The notes beneath the pieces were generated by a model. That model was not told the DNA's origin. It did no database searches and saw nothing but the letters and a program-made list of their open reading frames with translations. A DNA stretch of 45,918 nucleotides, taken from contig JBOFIW010000315.1 of NCBI GenBank assembly GCA_051650365.1, positions 1 through 45,918 on the forward strand, in the 5' to 3' direction. Positions 27,717-36,049 of this stretch are shown here, piece by piece. This DNA is from Vibrio sp. (GTDB lineage Bacteria > Pseudomonadota > Gammaproteobacteria > Enterobacterales > Vibrionaceae). Every line of letters begins with the position of its first letter. The stretch's first letter is position 1. Both the position numbers and the translations under genes were made by a program.

Positions 27717-28254
27717 GCGAAGACGGCTCCAAATCTGAGATGGTGAAATAGTCATCGACGTTGCCATCACCAACATCTGGCGATAAACCAACGGAAATGG
27801 AGGTAGGCACTTCACTTGGCCCTACGGGTAGCCAGTCAATCTCTCCGCCAAAGTCATACGGGCCAGCCACACACTCACAGATAAACCAACCATCAGGAGC
27901 TTCTTGCTGCTGTGATGTGATCACTTTCTGGATAGAGACATTGCCTGCGGCAGACGAGGAACAAAAGGAACGCCACTCTTTCAAAAACGCCAGCTCAGCG
28001 TTTTCAACGTTTAGACCTTTCGCATCTTTGCCACAATAAATACGACCAATCACCATGAAGTGAAGCCGAGTGTTGTATACATCCCCCAATGGACTCTCAC
28101 CGGTATAAATGAAAGTCAAAAGCCCAGTTCTCAATTCTTCATTTTTATAAGCGGCTCGTTCCTGCCAATTTCTGGTTACGGTGCGGTCTGGATAACGAGC
28201 TTTAAACGCATCTTGAAAGCTCGTTAAAATGTCATCGGGCATGAGTTGTGTCAT
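27709..28254 (-). CDS. Putative tail completion/terminator protein
   Basis: Position between neck and spike genes; GAGG RBS. Confidence 0.55.
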   Translation of the reverse strand: MTQLMPDDILTSFQDAFKARYPDRTVTRNWQERAAYKNEELRTGLLTFIYTGESPLGDVYNTRLHFMVIGRIYCGKDAKGLNVENAELAFLKEWRSFCSSSAAGNVSIQKVITSQQQEAPDGWFICECVAGPYDFGGEIDWLPVGPSEVPTSISVGLSPDVGDGNVDDYFTISDLEPSSHG

Positions 28255-28266
28255 GGAAACCTCTCG

Positions 28267-28761
28267 TTATCGAAAGCCAGCCGCACGCAAACCTTCTTCA
28301 ACAGAACGCTGCAATATCCGGTGGACAGTATCTTGAGTTTGTTCGGCTGCTCTATCGTAAAAATCATTGGCTGGCGTGCCCTTCCTTGCGATAGAACGAG
28401 CGATCATGAAAGCAAGGTCGCGTTGGTCCACTTTCGGGGTTTTAGGTTGAATACGTTTAACTCTCACCCAATCGAGAATGGATTGAACGGGTGGCACACC
28501 TTGACCACCCGTTTCTTGAACAACCAATCCGTTGTAGCGCAGTGAGCTGGTGATCATGCGCTGCAGTTCACCAACTACTTGGGAGCGGATTGTGTGAGTT
28601 AATGTGCTTTCTGCTTTGGGAGCCTCTTCTCTCGCCACTCGAGCAACCAATGAACCAGCGGTACTCACACCCTGTTTCAAATAGTGATTGAGGGTGTCTG
28701 GGGCTTTTCGAAAGGCTTCATCCAAAGCGGAATCTTTAACTTCAATATTCAATTCACGCAT
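28267..28761 (-). CDS. Neck/tail completion protein (HK97 gp10-like)
   Basis: 'AREEAPKAESTLTHTI', 'IARSIARKGTPANDF'. Confidence 0.7.
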   Translation of the reverse strand: MRELNIEVKDSALDEAFRKAPDTLNHYLKQGVSTAGSLVARVAREEAPKAESTLTHTIRSQVVGELQRMITSSLRYNGLVVQETGGQGVPPVQSILDWVRVKRIQPKTPKVDQRDLAFMIARSIARKGTPANDFYDRAAEQTQDTVHRILQRSVEEGLRAAGFR

Positions 28762-29359
28762 GGCGGATTTGTCGCTCAAACTGCAGCATCAGCTGCTCAT
28801 GAATCGCGGCTGGCGTGCCGTTCTTAGCTTCTCCGCCGATGCTATTTCGTACCGATACGGTTTTGTTGAGCTGATGCACCGCAATGTATTTCACTGCTTC
28901 CGCTAAACAGCGCAGCAATACTAAAGGTTCATCTTGTGTCTCAATGGAAACACTCTCACCCGTTAAAACTCGGCTTGCGTAATAGGTGTAGGAAAAATCG
29001 CGGCCACAACTCATCACCACAGAGTGGCTCGGATAGTGAGAAAGCTGCAGCCATTTTTTATCATCATCACCCGTGATCACGCTTACGCGGGGCAAATTAC
29101 GTGGATAGCCACTCTCCCAAGGATTTTGGGCGCGCTGACTTTGACCATAGAGCACCGTTTTCACATCAAGAATGTTATCCGGTGCGGGGTAAAGCATTTG
29201 GTTAGCCGTGAGCAAGAAAGTACCAAGCTTGGTTTGCGGCCGATAACGGCTGAAATCGGCCAGAGCCATCTCTATGATTTGCGTCTCTGCCCCTTCAATC
29301 AATTCGGCACTGTCCATCAGTGCCTTCTTCAACTGTTCAACTAAGGTTGTCCGTAGCAT
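28754..29359 (-). CDS. Putative head-tail adaptor
   Basis: 201 aa between head/lysis genes and neck genes. Confidence 0.55.
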   Translation of the reverse strand: MLRTTLVEQLKKALMDSAELIEGAETQIIEMALADFSRYRPQTKLGTFLLTANQMLYPAPDNILDVKTVLYGQSQRAQNPWESGYPRNLPRVSVITGDDDKKWLQLSHYPSHSVVMSCGRDFSYTYYASRVLTGESVSIETQDEPLVLLRCLAEAVKYIAVHQLNKTVSVRNSIGGEAKNGTPAAIHEQLMLQFERQIRHA

Positions 29360-29368
29360 AGCGCCCCC

Positions 29369-29665
29369 TTATCGAGTGAATACAAAGGTACTCACTGAAC
29401 CCAAGATGCCTAAGACAAACCAAATAAGATCACGGTTATATTTGGTTTTCTCATTGGTACCACTTTGGCTTTGTTCGAGTGGGCGAAGCCGAGACTCGAG
29501 CTCATCAACCGTGCGATCTAAGCGGATGAATTGGCTTTCAAGATTCGAATGCTTGGTTTGCAATTCAACCATTTGGCTCATTAACTGCGTTTGCTGTTTC
29601 ATGTAATCGCGCATTTCAATTCTGAAAGCGTGAAACTCAGTTTGAGAGACTGGATTACCGGACAT
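29369..29665 (-). CDS. Coiled-coil protein with C-terminal TM (lysis-module accessory)
   Basis: ATG at 29665 with GGAGG RBS; heptad repeat then 'LIWFVLGILGSVSTFVF'. Confidence 0.7.
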   Translation of the reverse strand: MSGNPVSQTEFHAFRIEMRDYMKQQTQLMSQMVELQTKHSNLESQFIRLDRTVDELESRLRPLEQSQSGTNEKTKYNRDLIWFVLGILGSVSTFVFTR

Positions 29666-30182
29666 TGTAACCTCCGGCGATTTGCTTACCTTTAATCTGG
29701 CTTCCCATGCTACTCCCCAACCAGAAGGCAATAGCCGTGCCGAAGCCGCCTAGAACGGTACCTGCAATCATGATTAACACTTGGTCATACGCTTCAGGCG
29801 GTGTGCCAAAAAATAGAGCGGCAAACATACCGCTAACCATAAGCGCTAGGATCACAGTCAAAGCCCAAGGCATCCAATGGTCTTTATGCTGTTTTCTGGC
29901 ATCTTGAGTGTCTGCAAGCCGATTGGCTTCTCGCTTTATCAACAAACCAGTTTCTTCTAACGCAATCTTGCGTAACGCAACACGTTCATCAATTTCCATT
30001 TGCTTAATTTTCAGCAATGCATCGGGATTGCGCAGCAATTCGGCTTCGATCGCATCTGGGGTATTCTCAACCCCTAAAGCATCTGCGATAAGCACGCCAA
30101 CCGTACCGCCTGCAGGTCCGCCAATTAAGCTCCCCACCAAAGGCGCAGCACCGCCAATCAGAGATTTGATTTTATCCCACAT
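29655..30182 (-). CDS. Holin-like membrane protein
   Basis: 'APLVGSLIGGPAGG', 'ADTQDAR', two C-terminal TMs ending 'FWLGSSMGS'. Confidence 0.65.
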   Translation of the reverse strand: MWDKIKSLIGGAAPLVGSLIGGPAGGTVGVLIADALGVENTPDAIEAELLRNPDALLKIKQMEIDERVALRKIALEETGLLIKREANRLADTQDARKQHKDHWMPWALTVILALMVSGMFAALFFGTPPEAYDQVLIMIAGTVLGGFGTAIAFWLGSSMGSQIKGKQIAGGYNVR

Positions 30183-30233
30183 AGTTGACTCCTTTGGGAA
30201 AGCCCAGAAAGTTCTGGGCTTTGAGTGATGGGA

Positions 30234-30827
30234 TTAAGCCTGCTCTTCTTGCTCTTTCAGTTTTGAAAGTGCGTCTTGAATTAGCGATAGCTTCATCTGA
30301 TTGTCGTTTGCGGCCAGCAATTCAATTTGCAGTTCGCTTTCGTCTTTGCCTTCGAGCGTTTGGGCATAAGAGGCGGGGTCAAAATCACGCTCTGCTTTAC
30401 GAACGGCAAGCTCATCAGCAATCAATTTAACCAACGATTTACGGTTTTGGTCGGCCACCTCAAGCGCTGAGAGATGTTCTAGCTCTTCATCATTGAACGC
30501 GGAAAAGAAAGGCTTGATATCGTCAACTTTACGGGCCAGTAGCTCTTCAAACATTTTCACTTGGAACTTACCTGCATCCGCTTTGTTTGGGTTTTCAAAA
30601 TGAATGATAGGTAAACGTGCAGAGTGGCCTGGTTGAACCACAGTGGTGCCGAAATAGCGAGGCGTAATGCCTAAGTTAATGAATAGCACCATGAGCTGAC
30701 GGTTGATTTCTGGTGTTGCTGGAACAAAACGGGCGTCCACTTCACGTGTTTCGCCAGGCTTGATGGAACGACCACCAATCGTCACGGTTTGATTGGTGTT
30801 GTTAGTAAACGCTGTAGTGATTGACAT
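30234..30827 (-). CDS. Head-associated hypothetical protein
   Basis: Immediately downstream of the capsid gene; repeated 'I(K)PGETR / VQPGHSAR' beta motif. Confidence 0.6.
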   Translation of the reverse strand: MSITTAFTNNTNQTVTIGGRSIKPGETREVDARFVPATPEINRQLMVLFINLGITPRYFGTTVVQPGHSARLPIIHFENPNKADAGKFQVKMFEELLARKVDDIKPFFSAFNDEELEHLSALEVADQNRKSLVKLIADELAVRKAERDFDPASYAQTLEGKDESELQIELLAANDNQMKLSLIQDALSKLKEQEEQA

Positions 30828-30856
30828 AAAGATCACCTAAACCTTTTTGAGTTAGC

Positions 30857-30892
30857 AAAAAAGCCCCGTTGGCTTTTATCAAGTCACGGGGC
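30857..30892 (-). terminator. Terminator after the capsid gene
   Basis: GCCCCG...CGGGGC stem with a U-tract on the - strand. Confidence 0.65.
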
Positions 30893-30906
30893 AAGGGGTG
30901 CACGCA

Positions 30907-33483
30907 CTAGCGGCCAGTTTTTGAATAGAACAGTACGCTGGTAAAGCGGTTGCGAATCGGCTTAGGACAGTGAATCGCGTTGTACTCTTCACCGTAGGCT
31001 TCTTTGCCACCATTCAGTTGACCATTCGCATCTCGAGCTTCTTGCATTTCGCTCAAGGTGAATGGCTTAACCACGGTATAGGTCAAGGCACCTTTCTGCC
31101 CCATGATGATGCGCTCATCACCGAGATGCGTTGCCGGTGCATTGGTTGAGAACGCAGGTAACGCTTTCACCATTTCCAAGTCACCTTGGGCATTGGTGTC
31201 TGAGCCGCTGCGCTTCATCGATGCAACAAACTGCTCGGCGTTGGTACAGGTGTCGTTCAGGGTGTTCGACATCAGCAGGAAGTCAGGTGTGACAAAGCGA
31301 TCATCTTTCATGATGGCTTTACGACGGCCAATCGCCTGCAGGAGTTGGTTGTAATGCTTCTCCGCGGTCACGCCATCTGGGATATCGCTATCCACCTTCA
31401 CAATGTTAGTTGCGTAGTTGTAGCGAATGGTTGCCGATGCTGCGGTGACGGTTTTCACTGCACCACCTTCATCAACCAGCAAGAATTTGCCGAGGTTGTA
31501 TGAGGTTACGATGTAGTAAGTGCCAGCAGCTTGCTTGCCAGAACCGTCGTAGGGTTGAATTTCGGTGCCATTAATCGTTAACGTAATTGGGTTTTCAGCT
31601 GCACCAATGGTATTGCCTTGCAAGTCATACTGCTGATGCGGTGCAACCACCGGGAATTGCGCGGTTTTGAAGTTAGCAGAATCTTGCAACTGAGCCGCGA
31701 TGTTTTCGCCGGTGATCTCACCCGCTAAATACGAGTCGGCGACACGTTGCATGGTGTTGACGATACGACGAGCAACCAGTTCTTTAATGATTCGGCTGGC
31801 CGTCGCCACATTACGACCCCATGCATCCCAGTTAATCACTGAGGACTTGGAAAAATGCATCAGCTCGTTAGAGACTTCAAACGCCACTTTCATCGGCAAT
31901 ACATACGCCAAATCCATACGCTGTGAGTTTTTAACTTTCGGAATCGAACCGCGCTCAAACACAATGCCATCCCCCATCAGAGCCGAAACATCACGGTTCT
32001 CATAAGGAATTTGTGTGGTTGCCGATGCGCTGAAGTCGGTCAGTGTTTGAACCAACTGCAACACGTTAAGATCAGAAAGTGCTTCACGAATCACTTCACG
32101 TTGTACAGATACAGGCAGTTCAGAATCCGACACAATGTTTGCAGAGCTCTGGCCCATTAGGGCTAAACGCTCAGCATGGATTTGACGATGGTGGAGACGA
32201 TCAAACTCTGCCAAGACTTGACGAGCAAATACGGGCAGTTCTTTCTCTTCAGAGAGTCGAAGCTGACCCAGCGCGAAAGTATTGGTGTTGCGCAGAGCTG
32301 AATGGATTTGTGCTTGTAGCTGCAAGCTTTCACGCTGCTGGTCTGGTGTTTGAGTGAGTGAGCCAGTGACACTGCCAAAGCCTAAACCGCTCAACTGGAT
32401 AGAAACCATCTTCTGGTTACCATGCGTGATCTGATTCTCAGCCAGTTTGGTGATCTGCTCATCTGACATATCAACGCTAATAAGCGCAGAGGCTTCTTTC
32501 AGCTCTTTTTTCACGTCATCGCTCAGCCCTTCCGCTTTATCGATGGCATCAGTGAAAAGCTTCACTTTAGCGGCCAGCTTCTCTTTTTTCGCTTGTTCAG
32601 CAGCCGTTGCGGCGGTCGCTTGCTCAGACAGAATGCGCTTAACGTCATCTTCCGTTAATGAACTGCCCGTGAGTTGAATCACCGGCGCATTGGTCACACC
32701 CGATTCAGAGAGCTGCTTGGCGACCGCTTCAAACTGTTCACTCAGTTTGGTGGCTTGGGCTTCATCACTGATGCCATTCAGTGACTCGGTGAGCAGCTGA
32801 ACCATGGCGGTGTGTTGTTCGGCAGAGAGTTTCATGCCTTTCAGTTTGCTAGCAAACTGGGCGATCAGTTGTTTCCACATATTTTGACGTTCCTCAGAGA
32901 GTTTTTGAGCAAGAGACTCGGAAAGGTAGGTTGGGCATTCATGAAGGCAGGCTTCACTGAGTTCGATTTTGTCCAAGTTCTTAATGCATGGACGAGTCAC
33001 GAAGCCGGCACCTAACAGGGTTGGACCAAACTGCGGGTATTGGCCATCGGGTCCTGCCTCGTTGCTGACATAGTTGGGATGTATTTCGGCAGAAAGATAC
33101 TTAAAGCCTTCTTTGGTGACTTTATGGATGCCGAGTTCGAACCACTCCACCTCTGCACGTAGACGTCCACGGTCGGTAAATAGGCGCTTCACCACCGCCC
33201 CTGCGCCATCTTCTGGCTTGTGTGCAATGTCGATAAAGATGTCTTGACCATAAACCCCATCATTGAAGTTTTTGATCATCGAATCGAACATGCTTTGGGT
33301 CAGTTCAAATTCGCCGTAACGTGGATCGTAAAATTTGCCGGTTCGGGTAATAGTGACAACACTGCGTTTTGTGGTTCCGGCATCCACCTTCACCGCATCA
33401 GATAAGAGATGAATCACCCCTTGTGTTGTGGTGGCACCTAATACCAAAACGCCTGAGGCCTTAAAGAATTGTCTTCGATTCAT
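30907..33483 (-). CDS. Fused prohead protease (Mu gpI-like) - scaffold - major capsid protein
   Basis: N-terminal 'FIDIAH', 'VEW', 'FKYLSAEI', 'LLGAGFVTRP'; helical middle; capsid-like C-terminus; 858 aa. Confidence 0.8.
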   Translation of the reverse strand: MNRRQFFKASGVLVLGATTTQGVIHLLSDAVKVDAGTTKRSVVTITRTGKFYDPRYGEFELTQSMFDSMIKNFNDGVYGQDIFIDIAHKPEDGAGAVVKRLFTDRGRLRAEVEWFELGIHKVTKEGFKYLSAEIHPNYVSNEAGPDGQYPQFGPTLLGAGFVTRPCIKNLDKIELSEACLHECPTYLSESLAQKLSEERQNMWKQLIAQFASKLKGMKLSAEQHTAMVQLLTESLNGISDEAQATKLSEQFEAVAKQLSESGVTNAPVIQLTGSSLTEDDVKRILSEQATAATAAEQAKKEKLAAKVKLFTDAIDKAEGLSDDVKKELKEASALISVDMSDEQITKLAENQITHGNQKMVSIQLSGLGFGSVTGSLTQTPDQQRESLQLQAQIHSALRNTNTFALGQLRLSEEKELPVFARQVLAEFDRLHHRQIHAERLALMGQSSANIVSDSELPVSVQREVIREALSDLNVLQLVQTLTDFSASATTQIPYENRDVSALMGDGIVFERGSIPKVKNSQRMDLAYVLPMKVAFEVSNELMHFSKSSVINWDAWGRNVATASRIIKELVARRIVNTMQRVADSYLAGEITGENIAAQLQDSANFKTAQFPVVAPHQQYDLQGNTIGAAENPITLTINGTEIQPYDGSGKQAAGTYYIVTSYNLGKFLLVDEGGAVKTVTAASATIRYNYATNIVKVDSDIPDGVTAEKHYNQLLQAIGRRKAIMKDDRFVTPDFLLMSNTLNDTCTNAEQFVASMKRSGSDTNAQGDLEMVKALPAFSTNAPATHLGDERIIMGQKGALTYTVVKPFTLSEMQEARDANGQLNGGKEAYGEEYNAIHCPKPIRNRFTSVLFYSKTGR

Positions 33484-33500
33484 TTCCTGTCCTTAAAACG

Positions 33501-33528
33501 AAAAAAGCCCCTGAAAATGTCAGGGGCT
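33501..33528 (-). terminator. Terminator hairpin just upstream of the capsid gene
   Basis: On -: AGCCCCTGA-CATTT-TCAGGGGCT followed by TTTTT. Confidence 0.75.
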
Positions 33529-33578
33529 CGGTCGCCAATTAAGGGCAGTGTGAGATAAAGACTGTGTTGTTGGGAGGG

Positions 33579-34034
33579 TTAAAAGCGGTAAAGATATTCG
33601 CACTCTTTAAACTGTTTGGTGATTTCCAGCGTTCGTTGAATACCTCTTTTCTGAAGTATCCAATCTTGAATGCTGATATAAGCATCGCGAAAGGTGCGAT
33701 TATTCAACTTGCGATCCGTTTTTATCTGCTTGCCGTTCACGGTAATCTGCGCAATGAGCATATTGACTAAGCGACCATGAATAACCCGGGTACCTTTGCG
33801 TAAACCGATAACTGAACCATCAGGGTAAAACAACTGATTAATGCCAAGTTCTAGCCTCAGCTCTCGAAGGTTACGCCGCTGCATTAACTTCGACTCTTCT
33901 TTTTCCGCTGCGGCTTTTGCTTTATCCCATGACCCATAACGCTTTACAGGGAAGTACAGCTGCTCACTCAACACTTTATCAACCAATCGATAGCCTTGCG
34001 GCTCGGCTTTATTGGGATATAACATAAGAGACAT
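33579..34034 (-). CDS. Basic putative DNA-binding protein, AP2-like
   Basis: 'QLYFPVKRYGSWDKAKAAA' and 'AQITVNGKQIK' resemble AP2 three-strand/helix motifs. Confidence 0.55.
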   Translation of the reverse strand: MSLMLYPNKAEPQGYRLVDKVLSEQLYFPVKRYGSWDKAKAAAEKEESKLMQRRNLRELRLELGINQLFYPDGSVIGLRKGTRVIHGRLVNMLIAQITVNGKQIKTDRKLNNRTFRDAYISIQDWILQKRGIQRTLEITKQFKECEYLYRF

Positions 34035-34266
34035 GGCTCATCACTCCCATTTCAATTCCTACTGGTACTTTCACCCAACGTTTGCAGCGGCACAGTGCAA
34101 TACCTTCGGCCACTTTAACACAGCGAGAACGAATCACTCCGCTATGGGTAAATATACAGTGCCCGCAAACACACATCACCGCAGGGTATGGGTGATTAAG
34201 TAAACCACTAAGCGCGGCCTGAAAGGCATTTTCGGGAGTATGAGGAACGATAGTGAGATTTCCCAT
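34009..34266 (-). CDS. Zinc-ribbon protein (paralog 1)
   Basis: 'CVCGH...IRSRCV...LCRCKRWVKVP'. Confidence 0.7.
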   Translation of the reverse strand: MGNLTIVPHTPENAFQAALSGLLNHPYPAVMCVCGHCIFTHSGVIRSRCVKVAEGIALCRCKRWVKVPVGIEMGVMSHVSYVISQ

Positions 34267-34469
34267 TAGTGAACCTCCAAGCTGACGAGTGCAGCGTCGA
34301 GTTTTTCACCTAAGGCTTGGAAGAGAAAGAAAAGTTGTTCAGCGGTTAAGGCTTCAATTGCCCCTTCGCCAGCGCCCGTCATTGCCGATAGGCCGCCGAC
34401 CATTTGCCGAGCTTCATAAACTAGGGTGTGAGAATCTTTTGCAGAATGAGTATGTGCAGACATAGCCAT
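34266..34469 (-). CDS. Small protein directly under C4 control (icd position)
   Basis: AAGGAG RBS overlaps the b2 target site. Confidence 0.7.
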   Translation of the reverse strand: MAMSAHTHSAKDSHTLVYEARQMVGGLSAMTGAGEGAIEALTAEQLFFLFQALGEKLDAALVSLEVH

Positions 34470-34521
34470 GTCTCCTTGTTAGTAGTTTTTAACTACCACT
34501 TAGAGAATGCTAAAACTCGTG

Positions 34522-34602
34522 GGTGGTAGCTCGAACAGCGTTAGCATTACCAGCCTAACAAGACACTGGCGAGACCGAAGTCTCCACTGTCCGAGCCACC
34601 AT
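34522..34602 (-). ncRNA. C4-type antisense RNA (P1/P7 c4 family)
   Basis: On -: closing stem GGTGGCTCGGACAG/CTGTTCGAGCTACC, GAGAC-TTCG-GTCTC hairpin, loops CTTGTTAG (b') and ATGCTAA (a'), with complementary targets on both sides. Confidence 0.85.
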
Positions 34603-34672
34603 AGAATACACGTAATTCAGGTGTGCGCGAACGCAGCCCATAAAAAAAGATGCTGAGCGCATCTATCAGGCT

Positions 34673-34720
34673 CTTGTTAGTTTTGCTGGATGCTAAGCCA
34701 GATTGCAGATTTTGCTGCAA
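34673..34720 (-). promoter_or_regulatory. c4 a1/b1 target leader
   Basis: On -: TTGCAG-CAAAAT-CTGCAA hairpin, then a1 TTAGCAT (34690-34696) and b1 CTAACAAG (34673-34680). Confidence 0.75.
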
Positions 34721-34728
34721 TGAGGGTG

Positions 34729-34757
34729 AGACTAACTGCGCATTTTCTAAAAGTCAA
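34729..34757 (-). promoter_or_regulatory. Sigma70 promoter of the c4 operon
   Basis: TTGACT-17-TAGTCT on the - strand. Confidence 0.75.
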
Positions 34758-34818
34758 GGTTATGCAGTTAAATGTCTACCAGTACAATCAGTTTCATTTA
34801 AACAACAAAGGATGGCTT

Positions 34819-35364
34819 ATGAATACTTGGGGAAAGAAAATACTAGCGGCAATCTCAGTGCTACTGCTTATCGCGGGATGCGGTTCAGAATCAGATCAAG
34901 ATAAACTGACAAAAGAACTAAAACTTGTGGCTAATTACAGCCAAAACATCGACAAAAACTACAACAGAGCAATGGGTTTGATGAAAGATGTTTCGTCTGG
35001 TTTATTGACCTTATCTGATGCTGGCAGTGCAATGGCAAGTTCTGCCGATTCAATGGATTCATTCATTGTTATGTTGGCAAAGGCGAGCACTGAAACATCA
35101 AAAGAGTTTGAAAACAATAAAGTCCAAGATGAGTTTGCAAAGGCCACAGAGAACCTATGGAAAGGCTACAAGCTGAAATACAACTTTGTTACTGATGTGT
35201 CAAAGGCGCTCTCTTCACAAGATATTACACAAATGAATTCCGTGATTAAGCGGCATGATGGTTTCGGCAATCGTTCTCAAGTTCTGATGTTCCAAGCTAT
35301 GTCTGGCTATATGACAGCAAAACAAGAACTTGGAATGGAAACATCACTCGATGAATTTAAATAG
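34819..35364 (+). CDS. Lipoprotein moron
   Basis: 'MNTWGKKILAAISVLLLIAG-C' lipobox; AAGGA RBS; opposite strand to the head genes. Confidence 0.8.
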   Translation: MNTWGKKILAAISVLLLIAGCGSESDQDKLTKELKLVANYSQNIDKNYNRAMGLMKDVSSGLLTLSDAGSAMASSADSMDSFIVMLAKASTETSKEFENNKVQDEFAKATENLWKGYKLKYNFVTDVSKALSSQDITQMNSVIKRHDGFGNRSQVLMFQAMSGYMTAKQELGMETSLDEFK

Positions 35365-35371
35365 GAAATGC

Positions 35372-35704
35372 ATGATGAAAAAAATAGCCGCACTGTGCTT
35401 ACTGTTCGTTTCATCATTTGGAGTTGCATCGGTTGAACTAACCGACGCTCAACAAAAAGTGACCGAATATTTTATTAGTAGTGAAGAGCCTAAAGTTAAA
35501 GATGCGACATGGACTGCACCTGATATTTTCAAAGTTGGCGTATTTGATGATGGGTCACGCAGGAACGGTTATGCCGAATACGTATGCATGGTGCTTTATG
35601 ATCACGGACTAAAAGGTAAAAAGGTTTGGGTTCATGTAGTGGACATAGAGAAAGTGATTAATGAAAAGCGCTTTGTAAAGCTCGGCGAAGCTCAATGCCT
35701 ATAA
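35372..35704 (+). CDS. Exported protein moron
   Basis: 'MMKKIAALCLLFVSSFGVA' Sec signal; two Cys in the mature part. Confidence 0.8.
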   Translation: MMKKIAALCLLFVSSFGVASVELTDAQQKVTEYFISSEEPKVKDATWTAPDIFKVGVFDDGSRRNGYAEYVCMVLYDHGLKGKKVWVHVVDIEKVINEKRFVKLGEAQCL

Positions 35705-35770
35705 CGCCAAACAGGACTGTCCAAATCTGGACAGTCTAAACATTTCAATAACTTAAAGCCTGATATTACA

Positions 35771-35959
35771 TCAGGCTTTTTTGATCACTGGCACTTTCAC
35801 CCACCGCTTGCAACGGCAGAGCGCTTCACTTTCCAGTAACTTGACGCATCGAGAACGAATGATGCCTTCACTGTCGCAAATGCGGTGGCCACAGAGACAC
35901 ATCACTTCACTGACACGTTGGGTTGAGGTTTTTTCTGATGGTACAGATGTGCTTTTCAT
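35771..35959 (-). CDS. Zinc-ribbon protein (paralog 2)
   Basis: 'CLCGH...IRSRCV...LCRCKRWVKVP'; AGGAG RBS. Confidence 0.75.
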   Translation of the reverse strand: MKSTSVPSEKTSTQRVSEVMCLCGHRICDSEGIIRSRCVKLLESEALCRCKRWVKVPVIKKA

Positions 35960-36049
35960 TATTAGCTCCTAGCCTTTTCAAACGGCCTACTACTTTTGAC
36001 TGACGTATGCATTATACGATTTACTACGTGGAAAACAGGGGTAAGTTAT

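Noticed and set aside
35717-35734. CTGT...ACAG as a LexA box; similar cases at ~13554-13565 and ~14866-14881
   Set aside because: Spacing is N10 or N4 instead of N8, or the CTG half is mismatched.
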